From Spirochaetota bacterium (GTDB taxonomy: Bacteria > Spirochaetota > UBA4802 > JAFGDQ01): a DNA stretch of 64,000 bases. The notes beneath the pieces are model-generated. The model saw only the letters and a program-made list of their open reading frames with translations, was not told the DNA's origin and did no database searches. Positions 49,994-59,561 of this stretch are shown here, in pieces (the stretch's first letter is position 1; every line of letters starts with the position of its first letter). Where the stretch lies: the NCBI GenBank assembly GCA_043803405.1, contig JAZDKB010000015.1, forward strand, positions 128,001 to 192,000. Reading direction: 5' to 3'. Made by a program: the position numbers and the translations under genes.

Positions 49994-52900
49994 TTATACT
50001 GCAGCATCGCAACGCAGACATCTGCTCGCTTCTTTAATTGCATCCTCTTTTGTAAATCCAAGCTCTACTTCTGCGAAACTTAGTTTACGTGAAGCTGCTT
50101 CCAGTTCCGGCATAGCCATTTGCGGAGTTTCCACAGTTTCTTCATCTATAATTAGAGGAATTTCAATTCTTTCCAATGCAGGTTTTTCGAAAGCCGGTTC
50201 GCCGTTTGCAATGCGTATAGCTGAATCTATATCATCAGCAGCCTGATGCCCTGCCTGTATTGCCCCGATAACCGTATCCGGTCCGGTTTGTGCGTCACCG
50301 CCGGCAAAATAGCGCATATTGCTTGTGCGTGATTTATAACCGTTACCGACTTCGAAGTAATCCCACTTATTCACTACATTGGCTATCTTCTTATCAAGGA
50401 AGCTCATATCCGCTACCTGTCCTACAGATGCTATAACTGCATCTACATTAAGCGTAAATTCCGAACCTTTAATGGCAACGGGTTTTTTACGTCCGCTGTT
50501 ATCGAATTCGCCTAGTTTCATACGCTCGCAGGTAATTGAGCTAACCTTGCCATCCTTCCCTTCTATTTTTAAAGGAGCTACCAGATACTCTATCTTGATT
50601 CCTTCATGTTCGGCTGCTATGATTTCTTCCTCGGCTGCAGGCATATCCTGGCGCAGACGACGATAAATAATCGTTACTTCCGCTCCGAGACGAACTGCAA
50701 CGCGGGCTGCGTCAATTGCAGAATTTCCACCGCCGACTACAGCAACTTTCTTTCCGAGAGTCTTTTCGCCCTTCATCCATTTCTGCTCATCAGCATTGAA
50801 TAAGCGCAGGAATTCCACACCGCCGTAAACATTTTTCAGGTCTTCGCCCGGTATTCCGAGTTTCTGGCTCTTATGAGCACCTACTGCCAGGTAAACATAA
50901 TCAAATTCCTTATCAATCTTCTCAAATGATATGTCGCGTCCGATGCGTGTATTTAGTTTTAATTCAACGCCAAGAGAGATGACATCATCAATTTCTTTTT
51001 GCAGAATATTTCTCGGCAGCCTGTAAGAAGGTATGCCCCAGCGCATCATTCCGCCTGCATTGGGAAGTTCTTCAAAAACAACAACCTGGTAACCGCGCTG
51101 AGCAAGGTCACGTGCAGCTGTAAGACCTGCCGGGCCTCCGCCAACAACAGCTATCTTTTCTTTCCTTGTAACAAGAATCTTTGCCGTTACCGGACGGTCA
51201 GCGTTATCCGAAATAAAGCGTTTTAAGAATTTAATTGCCAACGGCTCGTCAAGGTTACCGCGACGGCATTTGGACTGGCATTTGTGATCGCATACTCTTC
51301 CGCAAACTGACGGAAAAGGATTGGATTGCAGCATAACTTTATATGCATCGCTGAATCTATCTTCTCTGATCAAAGCAATATACGATGGTATATCCATTTC
51401 AACAGGGCATGTATGCTGACATGGCGATTTAAACAACGCAGTACATACTGCTGCGCGGCAGGTATGTTCTCTGATGTGCTCTTCATATTCATCACGGAAA
51501 TAGCGTATTGTACTTAAAACAGGATTCGGAGCTGTTTGGCCAAGACCGCAAAGAGCTGCATTTTTAATAACCTCAGCCATTTCTTCCAGAAGTTCTATGT
51601 CTCCTTCTTTGCCCTTACCCTGGGTAATGTTCGTCAATATTTCAAGCATCCGCTTTGTGCCTTCACGGCATGGAGTACATTTACCGCAGGATTCATCCTG
51701 GCAGAAATCCATAAAGAAACGCGCCATGTCTACAGCGCATTTATCTTCATTCATAACGATTAATCCGCCGGAACCCATAATCGCTCCGAGTTCAACGACC
51801 TTTTCATAGTCAACAGGTGCATTCAAATGCTGAATCGGGATGCATCCGCCGGAAGGTCCGCCAAGCTGAGCAGCTTTGAATTTCTTTCCTTTCGGTATAC
51901 CGCCGCCGATATCGTATACAATTGTACCAAGGGTAGTTCCCATCGGTACTTCAACAAGACCTACGTTGGCAACGTCGCCGGTTAGCGCAAATACCTTTGT
52001 GCCTTTGCTCTTTTCTGTTCCGACTGATGCGTACCATTTTCCGCCGCGAACAATGATTTGTCCGATATTGGCTAATGTTTCAACATTATTCAAAATACTC
52101 GGTTTTTGCCACAGACCTGCAACAGCCGGGAATGGAGGCCTTGGTCTCGGCATACCGCGTTTTCCTTCAATTGAGGTCATCAGGGCTGTTTCTTCACCGC
52201 AAACAAAAGCGCCTGCACCCTGATAAATCTCTAAATGAAAATCAAAACCGGTTCCTAAAATATTTTCTCCAAGCAATCCTGCTTCTTTTGCCTGGTCTAT
52301 AGCAATGGTTAAACGGTGAATAGCTAAAGGATACTCAGCGCGGCAGTAAATATATCCCTGATGAGAGCCGATTGCTTTAGCTGCTATAACCATACCTTCA
52401 AGTACAGCATGTGGATCTGCTTCCAGAACGCTTCTGTCCATAAAAGCGCCCGGGTCACCTTCGTCTGCATTGCAAAGTACATATTTAATGTCGTTTTTAG
52501 ACTGCGCTGCAAATTTCCATTTCATTCCTGTCGGGAATCCTGCGCCGCCGCGTCCTCTTAGTCCGGACTCAAGAACCTCATTAACGATTTGTTCCGGGGT
52601 CATTTCAGTAAGTGCTTTGGCCATGCCGGAATATCCGTCTCTGGCAATATACTCTTCTATCTTTTCAGGATCAATTAATCCGCGATTTCTTAAAACTCTC
52701 AATTCCTGTAATGCGAAGAATGGAATATCCTGCATTGAAGGAATAACTTTGTCTGTAACAGGTTCTCTGTATAACAGGCGCTCTAAAATTCTTCCCTTTA
52801 CCAAATGTTCTTCAACAAGTTCGGGAATATCTTCCGGTTTTATTGTTATATAAATAATACCTTCCGGATAAACAACCATAATCGGCCCTAAAGCGCAAAA

Positions 52901-53050
52901 GCCGTTACAGCCGGTTTCAACAACCTTAATTTCCTCGGCTAAATTTCTTTTGCCTATTTCTTCTATTAAAGCTTTTTTAACTCCAAGACTGCCCGAAGAT
53001 TGACAGCCTGTACCTCCGCATATTAGTAAATGTGATCGAAAAACCTTCAT
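49994..53050 (-). CDS. NuoF/HydB-like diaphorase subunit fused to a GltD-like FAD/NAD(P)H oxidoreductase
   Basis: CGGTGC..GCNGFC, RGRGGAGFPTG, NADEGDPGAFMDR, SCGKCTPCREG; then PCQHTCP..CGRVC, VGGGPAG, VGGGNSA, RCLRCD. Confidence 0.9.
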   Translation of the reverse strand: MKVFRSHLLICGGTGCQSSGSLGVKKALIEEIGKRNLAEEIKVVETGCNGFCALGPIMVVYPEGIIYITIKPEDIPELVEEHLVKGRILERLLYREPVTDKVIPSMQDIPFFALQELRVLRNRGLIDPEKIEEYIARDGYSGMAKALTEMTPEQIVNEVLESGLRGRGGAGFPTGMKWKFAAQSKNDIKYVLCNADEGDPGAFMDRSVLEADPHAVLEGMVIAAKAIGSHQGYIYCRAEYPLAIHRLTIAIDQAKEAGLLGENILGTGFDFHLEIYQGAGAFVCGEETALMTSIEGKRGMPRPRPPFPAVAGLWQKPSILNNVETLANIGQIIVRGGKWYASVGTEKSKGTKVFALTGDVANVGLVEVPMGTTLGTIVYDIGGGIPKGKKFKAAQLGGPSGGCIPIQHLNAPVDYEKVVELGAIMGSGGLIVMNEDKCAVDMARFFMDFCQDESCGKCTPCREGTKRMLEILTNITQGKGKEGDIELLEEMAEVIKNAALCGLGQTAPNPVLSTIRYFRDEYEEHIREHTCRAAVCTALFKSPCQHTCPVEMDIPSYIALIREDRFSDAYKVMLQSNPFPSVCGRVCDHKCQSKCRRGNLDEPLAIKFLKRFISDNADRPVTAKILVTRKEKIAVVGGGPAGLTAARDLAQRGYQVVVFEELPNAGGMMRWGIPSYRLPRNILQKEIDDVISLGVELKLNTRIGRDISFEKIDKEFDYVYLAVGAHKSQKLGIPGEDLKNVYGGVEFLRLFNADEQKWMKGEKTLGKKVAVVGGGNSAIDAARVAVRLGAEVTIIYRRLRQDMPAAEEEIIAAEHEGIKIEYLVAPLKIEGKDGKVSSITCERMKLGEFDNSGRKKPVAIKGSEFTLNVDAVIASVGQVADMSFLDKKIANVVNKWDYFEVGNGYKSRTSNMRYFAGGDAQTGPDTVIGAIQAGHQAADDIDSAIRIANGEPAFEKPALERIEIPLIIDEETVETPQMAMPELEAASRKLSFAEVELGFTKEDAIKEASRCLRCDAAV

Positions 53051-53115
53051 ATTATCAACATCCTCCTTAAGAAATAATCATGCATCAAAATTATCCGTCA
53101 TGATGGATGAAAAAT

Positions 53116-53499
53116 TTATTTATTAATTTCTGAGCCTTTCGCTAAAACAAAAGGCGTTTGAATCTGTCCCTCTAAAATGTGCTTTTTAAAAACCTGTCTC
53201 ATTTTATTGGGATTCATATATTCATACTTGATCGGTTCCTGGTTAAGAATTTCTACAGTAACTAATGGTTCGCGGCTGCACAGACCCATACATCCGGATG
53301 TTGTTACGAAAACATCGTTTACAGCTGCGGCCTGTATTTCGTCTAATAAAGCATCCATAACTTCCTTTGCTCCTGAAGCTATACCACATGTTCCCATATG
53401 AACAGTTACCTTAGCTCTGCGCTCACCATCGCGCAAAGCCATTTCTTTGTGTACTTTCTCTTTTATTTTCTTTAAATCTGCGATATTCAGTTTTGCCAT
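53116..53499 (-). CDS. Thioredoxin-like [2Fe-2S] ferredoxin subunit (HndB/HydD-like)
   Basis: VHMGTCGIASGA, SGCMGLCSREP; GGAGG SD. Confidence 0.85.
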   Translation of the reverse strand: MAKLNIADLKKIKEKVHKEMALRDGERRAKVTVHMGTCGIASGAKEVMDALLDEIQAAAVNDVFVTTSGCMGLCSREPLVTVEILNQEPIKYEYMNPNKMRQVFKKHILEGQIQTPFVLAKGSEINK

Positions 53500-53540
53500 T
53501 AGCAATACCTCCTGTTTTTTTCCTTATATTAAATTTGGCA

Positions 53541-54035
53541 TTACGTATATTGACTTAAAACTTCTTTAACTTTAGCTGGTTTAACCCGTCCATGAACAAT
53601 ATCATTCACAACAATAACAGGGCCAAGTCCGCATGCACCCAGACAGCGAACAGTTTCATAGGTAAACATACGGTCAGGTGTAGTTTCACCTTCTTTTATA
53701 TTCAGCTGTTTTTGTAATGTATCATGCAATGCTTTACCGCCACGCACATAACATGCTGTCCCAAGGCAAACACGAACTGTATACTTTCCTCTCGGTGTCA
53801 TTGTGAAAAATGAATAAAAGGTTACAACTCCATAAACACGACTTAACGGTAAATTCAAACCTTCGGCAATCCTTTTTTGGACAGGAAGCGGCAAAAATTC
53901 CAATGTGACCTGTGCTTCTTCAAGAACCGGAATTAATCCGCCTGGTTTGTCTTTAAATTTTTTAATTATTTGATCTAGTTTTGCAACTTGTTCCGGCGTA
54001 AACTCTTTTAATAGCTCGGCATCTTCAGCTTTCAT
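53541..54035 (-). CDS. NuoE/HydC/HndA-like [2Fe-2S] subunit
   Basis: VYGVVTFYSFF, VCLGTACYVRG, RCLGACGLGP. Confidence 0.93.
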   Translation of the reverse strand: MKAEDAELLKEFTPEQVAKLDQIIKKFKDKPGGLIPVLEEAQVTLEFLPLPVQKRIAEGLNLPLSRVYGVVTFYSFFTMTPRGKYTVRVCLGTACYVRGGKALHDTLQKQLNIKEGETTPDRMFTYETVRCLGACGLGPVIVVNDIVHGRVKPAKVKEVLSQYT

Positions 54036-54062
54036 TTAAATCTTCCTCCATTTTGGGGCTTT

Positions 54063-54611
54063 TTAAACAATAGACTCTAGTGAATTGAGCCCTTCCTTAA
54101 TAACGCCCTTAATATACTTTAATATTTCAGGATGACTTATCGGTACATCCTCAATTTCTTGACGAATCAGGCGTGTATCAAGTATAAACCGCCTGCCATC
54201 ACACCAATGTTTATATATAAAATCAACTTCTGAATTTCCAACAATCAGAGTGATTAAAACACTGCTAATATTACCCATCGGCTGTCTGTCGACATGCCGA
54301 AGCCGGAAAGTAATTGTAAGTTTAGTGCCCTTACCTTCCACCGACTTCAGTTCCATTTTTCCGCCGGTTGTTTCTGCAGCACTCGCAATAAGCGGCAAAC
54401 CAAGACCGACGCGCCGAACCGTTTTTGTAGTATAAAACGGATCCATAACTCTTTTTAAATCTTCTTTCTTAATACCGCAGCCGTCGTCAGCTATTTCGAT
54501 CGTAAGCAAATCCTGCGCGGAATCCTCTCTCACTGAGATCTCAATCAGCTTTGCGCCTGCCCTTACGGAATTCTCAGCTATGTCGAGAATATGTTCAGCA
54601 AGCTCAAGCAT
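54063..54611 (-). CDS. Stand-alone HATPase_c (GHKL) protein
   Basis: DIAENSVRAGA, DDGCG, DPFYTTK, GLGLP, GKGT; no His-phosphotransfer domain. Confidence 0.85.
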   Translation of the reverse strand: MLELAEHILDIAENSVRAGAKLIEISVREDSAQDLLTIEIADDGCGIKKEDLKRVMDPFYTTKTVRRVGLGLPLIASAAETTGGKMELKSVEGKGTKLTITFRLRHVDRQPMGNISSVLITLIVGNSEVDFIYKHWCDGRRFILDTRLIRQEIEDVPISHPEILKYIKGVIKEGLNSLESIV

Positions 54612-55352
54612 TTATTGCTCCAGCACGCAGCGGCCGTTTTCATTGCTAAACGCCATTTTTAACTCAGAAAATGACGGTTTTTCAAAATTACACTTTATAA
54701 TGGACGTTCCAATATCTTTCAAATAATGGGCATCTGAGGATGTAATAAAGGAATATTTATTTAATTCTTTATATTTTTTCCTTGCCTCTTTGATCCCCAT
54801 AGCCGCCGATATTTCCAGAGCATCAAAATGCATATCCTCACTTATAAATCCCAGCTGACTTAAAACGCTAAAATTTTCATGATCGATGTGCGAAGCGATT
54901 GCCAGCCCATTATGCTGATGGATATGTGATATAACCGTATCTAGCGACAGATCGGTCGCTCCGATCAATAATCTATCGCTTAAACCTTCAACTTCCGCAT
55001 TTTCATTCACAATTGCCTGAACGCCAAACCGTTTTTCATTATTTTCACCCGGTAAATGGGCGTATATGATTTCCTGTAATTTCAACAAATCAGGTAAATT
55101 ATCAAAAATCGCCAGGACATGCACTTCTTCACTTGTTGTAACTTCCATGCCGGGTAAAATCTTTATATTTTTGTTAAGAGCGGCTTTAATTACATACTGA
55201 ACATTTTCAGATGAATTGTGATCACATATAGCAATTAAATCCAATTTAGCATCCAGTGCACGCTCAACTAAAGCGCTTGGATGCATATCCAGGTCTGCAC
55301 AGGGCGACAGGCAAGTATGAATATGTAAATCGCAATTAAAAACTTTTAACAT
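54612..55352 (-). CDS. PHP-domain phosphoesterase
   Basis: DLHIHTCLSPC, ICDHN, EEVH, ASHID, SSDAH. Confidence 0.88.
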   Translation of the reverse strand: MLKVFNCDLHIHTCLSPCADLDMHPSALVERALDAKLDLIAICDHNSSENVQYVIKAALNKNIKILPGMEVTTSEEVHVLAIFDNLPDLLKLQEIIYAHLPGENNEKRFGVQAIVNENAEVEGLSDRLLIGATDLSLDTVISHIHQHNGLAIASHIDHENFSVLSQLGFISEDMHFDALEISAAMGIKEARKKYKELNKYSFITSSDAHYLKDIGTSIIKCNFEKPSFSELKMAFSNENGRCVLEQ

Positions 55353-55372
55353 CTTCCTATTAGCAGATCAGG

Positions 55373-55720
55373 CTACCGAATATTATTTAATTCCATTAAC
55401 TTATATATTTCACCGGTCAGTTTAAAGGCGCTCATATCCGAAACCAGAACAGGTATTTTTTCCTCATTCGCCTTTTCCAATGTATCCTCATTAGGTTCGC
55501 ATGAATTAACTAAGATAATACCCGAATGCTCCTTTAAGCTTGCTACCGCAACTATATTCTGGTGCACCTGTCTTGTTATCCATACATCTCCTTCGTGGGA
55601 ATTTGCCATTACATCGCTTAAGAGATCTCCTGTATAACCTCCTTTAACGTTATTGGTAAGACTGTCATTTGCACATCTTACTTTCAAATTCAAAGCTTTA
55701 ACAATCGTATCTATATTCAA
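55373..55720 (-). CDS. DRTGG / HPr-kinase N-terminal-like domain protein
   Basis: GGYTGDLLSDVMA, VWIT, NIVAVASL; TTG start. Confidence 0.75.
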   Translation of the reverse strand: MNIDTIVKALNLKVRCANDSLTNNVKGGYTGDLLSDVMANSHEGDVWITRQVHQNIVAVASLKEHSGIILVNSCEPNEDTLEKANEEKIPVLVSDMSAFKLTGEIYKLMELNNIR

Positions 55721-55808
55721 TTTTTTACCTTGTAAAAGATGATTGAATTAGTCTTAAAAAAACGGCATTATATTTGCTGCGTATTAAATAAAAAGTATTG
55801 CTGTATAT

Positions 55809-56261
55809 TTATAAAATACTGATTGTCGCTTTAATAATTGTTCCTTTGCCCACTTCCGAAGATATATTCAGGTTATCGGAATATTTTTTCATATTAGGCA
55901 ACCCCATACCGGCCCCGAATCCCATCTCTCTTATATGATGATCTGCCGTTGAATATCCCTCCTGCATTGCAAGCTCAATATCCGCGATACCCGGCCCCTC
56001 ATCGACCGCTTCTATTTCTATGGTGTTCGGACTTACTTTGACAGAAATTACGCCTTTTATCGCGTGACAAACAATATTAACTTCCGATTCATACGAAACA
56101 ATTGCTGCTCTTTTTATCAAATCACCGGAAATCCCTATTTTCTTTAAACCTGATTTTATGCTGGTAGAAGCTATTCCGGCTTTACTAAAGTTATCACCTT
56201 CTATTTCAAAACAACCCTGATATAAATAATCTTTTGTTTCAGTCACTGTTTCAGTTAACAT
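55809..56261 (-). CDS. RsbW/RsbT-like anti-sigma factor Ser/Thr kinase
   Basis: YESEVNIVCHA, DEGPGIADIELAMQEGYST, GFGAGMGLPN, GKGT. Confidence 0.85.
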   Translation of the reverse strand: MLTETVTETKDYLYQGCFEIEGDNFSKAGIASTSIKSGLKKIGISGDLIKRAAIVSYESEVNIVCHAIKGVISVKVSPNTIEIEAVDEGPGIADIELAMQEGYSTADHHIREMGFGAGMGLPNMKKYSDNLNISSEVGKGTIIKATISIL

Positions 56262-56570
56262 TATCCGAATAACCGGTTACGTCTTCTTAATGTAGAAAGC
56301 AGCGGTTGTTGCAGGCAAAACGTGCCGGGTAAAAATTATCCAAACCGGGTAATATTTCTACATTTAAAAATATTCAGTGTCAAGAATAAGTTCCTTGAAA
56401 TTTTTAACAACTAATTTTTGTCAAATCATCAGGATTTTTAGTAAATAAACACAGTAATACGAATAATTAATTACTTTATATTTTAAATCTACAAAAATTA
56501 AAAAAACAGTCAATTACCAATAATTGTGATTTAAGAATAATAAATTTTGGGGATTAAATAACCTGAAGCA

Positions 56571-56933
56571 TCAAATGCTTTTTACAATCTCAAGCAATTC
56601 ATCCGGATTTATCGGTTTTCCCAGTATCCCATTTACTCCGGATGTGCATTCATTAAGGTTATTAGCCGTAAAAAAATTCATATTGCCGAAAAAATAGATT
56701 TTTACATCCATATTTTTTTTTCGCATTCTTTTTACGACATCAATGCTTCTGGTTATTTGTTCGGCCATTATGTTATATATAACCAGGCATGGTTTTTCAG
56801 CTTCGAATTTTTTATAACCATTCTCGCTATTCAAGGCTGTTACCACATGGAATTTGCCGGATTCCAGCGTATTACTTAATGAAGACAGCACTTCAGGATC
56901 ATCATCAATTATCAATATCTTCTTTTTTGCCAT
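56571..56933 (-). CDS. Single-domain receiver lacking the phospho-acceptor Asp
   Basis: KILIIDDDP and GKP present; PCLVIYNIM replaces the usual PDLVILDIM. Confidence 0.75.
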   Translation of the reverse strand: MAKKKILIIDDDPEVLSSLSNTLESGKFHVVTALNSENGYKKFEAEKPCLVIYNIMAEQITRSIDVVKRMRKKNMDVKIYFFGNMNFFTANNLNECTSGVNGILGKPINPDELLEIVKSI

Positions 56934-57194
56934 GATAAACAGTTTCCTGACATCATTAAAAAAAGCATAATGCGGAATTCATTATAGATCATATTAAGCC
57001 GGTAACAAAATGTTTAATTTTCAGCAGGTTTTAATATCTTAAGATAATAAGGAAAAATCCGCTAATCTCTGTCTGACTGCTGAAATCTGTTTTAATGGTC
57101 GGAAATTTATTTTTTTATTTACTATGCGCTTAATTCACTAAAAAAGTAAATTCTTAATAATTGTTATTTTATTATAACAAAAATTAGGGATATG

Positions 57195-57860
57195 TTATTT
57201 ATGATGCATTATTACCCACTGGATGGCGTTTCTGGTAAGTTCCGAAGAATCTTTAATACGAAGCTTTTCTTTAATATTTTTTTTATGGCTTTCAACAGTA
57301 TATATGCTAAGACTTAATTTATTTGCAATTTCTTTGGTGCTGAAACCATTGCCTATAAACTGATAAATTTCAAATTCCCTGTTGCTTAAATTTTCAATAG
57401 TTAAATCCGAACCTCCCTGTTTGTGAATCAGCTTATTAAGCAGCTTTTTTGATAATTCGCTGCTTAGATAAAGTTCGTCATTTAATACAGTGCGTACGGC
57501 ATTGATAATGTTTTTTGCCGCATCTTCTTTCATTATATATCCATGCGCGCCCGATTTGATCGCCCTTTCGGCATATATCGATTCGCTGTGCATAGACAGT
57601 ACAAGTGTATAGATATCCGGAAATCTTTCTTTTATTGACCGTATCAGATCGATCCCGTTAACATTCCCCGAAAGTGTTATATCAATTATAGCAACATCCG
57701 GCTTGTCGCGGTTGATAATCTCCATTGCCTCATTCGCGCTGGCTGCTTCTCCGCTTATTACAAGATCGCTTTCTTTCTCCAGAACTCTCTTAATTCCCTG
57801 CCTCAGAATTGGATGATCATCAACGATTAATACTTTTTTAATTTCTTTATTTTCGTTCAT
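57195..57860 (-). CDS. NarL/LuxR family response regulator
   Basis: VDDHP, PDVAIIDI, LSMH, GYIMK, LSNREFEI, TVESHKKNIKEKL. Confidence 0.93.
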   Translation of the reverse strand: MNENKEIKKVLIVDDHPILRQGIKRVLEKESDLVISGEAASANEAMEIINRDKPDVAIIDITLSGNVNGIDLIRSIKERFPDIYTLVLSMHSESIYAERAIKSGAHGYIMKEDAAKNIINAVRTVLNDELYLSSELSKKLLNKLIHKQGGSDLTIENLSNREFEIYQFIGNGFSTKEIANKLSLSIYTVESHKKNIKEKLRIKDSSELTRNAIQWVIMHHK

Positions 57861-57878
57861 AATGAATTACCAAAAGTA

Positions 57879-58721
57879 TTAAATTGAATTTTCATATTTA
57901 TTTGGCTCTGTTTTTATTTCCAGAACGGCTTTAACTTCAAAACCCTTTTTACTGCGGTTACCTGCAAAAAATTCCGCGCCAATTATAGCAGCTCTGTATT
58001 TCATAATTCTCAGACCCATGCCGTTTCCCATCTCGCCTGCTTTACAGCCGCTTCCATCGTCAATGACAACCAGCTTGATTTTGTTGTTCTCTGATTTCAT
58101 GCAGATATGAATGTTTTTTGCTCTTCCGTGCTTAATAGCATTTGTAACTGCTTCGCGGGCAATATAATAAAGATGATTCGCAGCCTGATTATCATCCAGT
58201 AAAAAATCTCCTTTACTGGAAATTTTACATGATACGCTAAAAACCTTCTCAATAGTCGAGGCCATTTCACTCAAAGCCGAATAAAGTCCGTTTTTATTCA
58301 TCTCAACAGGATAAAGCACTTTTGAAATACTTCTGGTCTGAATAATCGATTTTCTTACCAGATTATTAATCTCATCAATATCGTCCAGTGCTTCATTGTA
58401 TTTCTCTTTCAGTTTTTCCCTTAGAGCTTCTATTAAAAAAGTAACAGCCGTAAGGTTTTGCCCAATGCCGTCGTGTAAATCCTCACCTATCCGTTGCCTT
58501 TCTTTTTCCGCTATCTGCATAATTTCTTTCTGAAGTATTCTTGTTTCATTTAATGCTTCAAATTTTATCTCTTCAGCCCGTCTTCGCTCATCGATCTCTA
58601 TTTGCAGTTTGCTTGTATGTATCTGGCTAAGTTCTTCCAAACGTTTCTTATATTTTTCTATTTCAGTCTCAGCATGCCTTTTATTAGATGTGTTTTTTAA
58701 TATCTTTTCCAGTCTTTTCAT
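57879..58721 (-). CDS. HisKA_3 histidine kinase without an evident sensor domain
   Basis: ERQRIGEDLHDGIGQ, REAVTNAIKH, DDGSG, GMGLRIMKYRA; only a coiled coil before the H-box. Confidence 0.9.
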   Translation of the reverse strand: MKRLEKILKNTSNKRHAETEIEKYKKRLEELSQIHTSKLQIEIDERRRAEEIKFEALNETRILQKEIMQIAEKERQRIGEDLHDGIGQNLTAVTFLIEALREKLKEKYNEALDDIDEINNLVRKSIIQTRSISKVLYPVEMNKNGLYSALSEMASTIEKVFSVSCKISSKGDFLLDDNQAANHLYYIAREAVTNAIKHGRAKNIHICMKSENNKIKLVVIDDGSGCKAGEMGNGMGLRIMKYRAAIIGAEFFAGNRSKKGFEVKAVLEIKTEPNKYENSI

Positions 58722-58920
58722 AAAGTTGTTGCCTAATAAACAATTCCGTATATTAGTATTTTCATTTGTTATTCCGGCAGTTTCATCCGGCTAATAGTAT
58801 ACATACAAATTCTAAAAAGCTTTATAATATTTTTAAATCAAGCATAAAAAGTTATTTATCGCAATTATCAAAGAATGTTAAATATGCGAATTAAAACATA
58901 TATGCCTGAAGAAATTAAAA

Positions 58921-59451
58921 ATGAATAAAACCAATTCAAATATTATTAAAATCAACTGGATCAACGACAAATCGTTCCACAGTGCGCTTGTGCCGGGTTA
59001 TTCCGGAAAGAAAAAGACCAGGAAGTTAAAAGAGTTTTCTAAATCAAAAGGCAATTGTTTTTTTTCAAATGGAATATCGCATGGATTAATTGATTTTGTA
59101 TACAGGGCAGTAATTAATTTAAAACTTAAAGATAAAAAGCTGATTTTTTCCAAGGGAGCGGTAAAAATAAACGGAATATCTGCGCTAAATGCCGTTGCAG
59201 TTAGGGAACTGGACTGGGATGTAGGAATATCAATACGAATACCGCATAAATTAAATCATAATAAAAAAATAGTATTATTAATAGACGATAAACATTATAC
59301 TTTTAAAGTGATGGAAATCATTGTACTTGCAGCCCTTTTACGAATTGTATACCCGAAGAAAGCACTAAAATGGTGTTCGGATAAAGCTGTTTTTATTTTA
59401 GCATACGGCTGGAATTATCTTATACTTACAAATAAAGAAATAAAAAAATAA
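58921..59451 (+). CDS. Hypothetical protein
   Basis: 176-aa basic ORF filling the intergenic gap; no motif recognised. Confidence 0.45.
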   Translation: MNKTNSNIIKINWINDKSFHSALVPGYSGKKKTRKLKEFSKSKGNCFFSNGISHGLIDFVYRAVINLKLKDKKLIFSKGAVKINGISALNAVAVRELDWDVGISIRIPHKLNHNKKIVLLIDDKHYTFKVMEIIVLAALLRIVYPKKALKWCSDKAVFILAYGWNYLILTNKEIKK

Positions 59452-59561
59452 AAAAAGATTGATTTTTTATTAATTCTTTAAATAATAACTTATCAGCAAA
59501 AAAGTTAAATTATAATATTTTGATAATTGTAAGTCCTTATTAAATATAAAGAGAGGCAACC

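Noticed and set aside
48152..54035. Selenocysteine or stop-codon recoding in hydrogenase subunits
   Set aside because: All subunits are full length with Cys at the expected motifs; no internal TGA is needed
56309..56328. Sigma54-like promoter upstream of the hydrogenase cassette (minus strand CGGCACGTTTTGCCTGC)
   Set aside because: GG-to-GC spacing is 8 or 12 nt, not the strict 10
57161..57180. Rex-like operator TTGTTA-N8-TAACAA
   Set aside because: 20 bp rather than the 18-bp Rex geometry, in very AT-rich DNA
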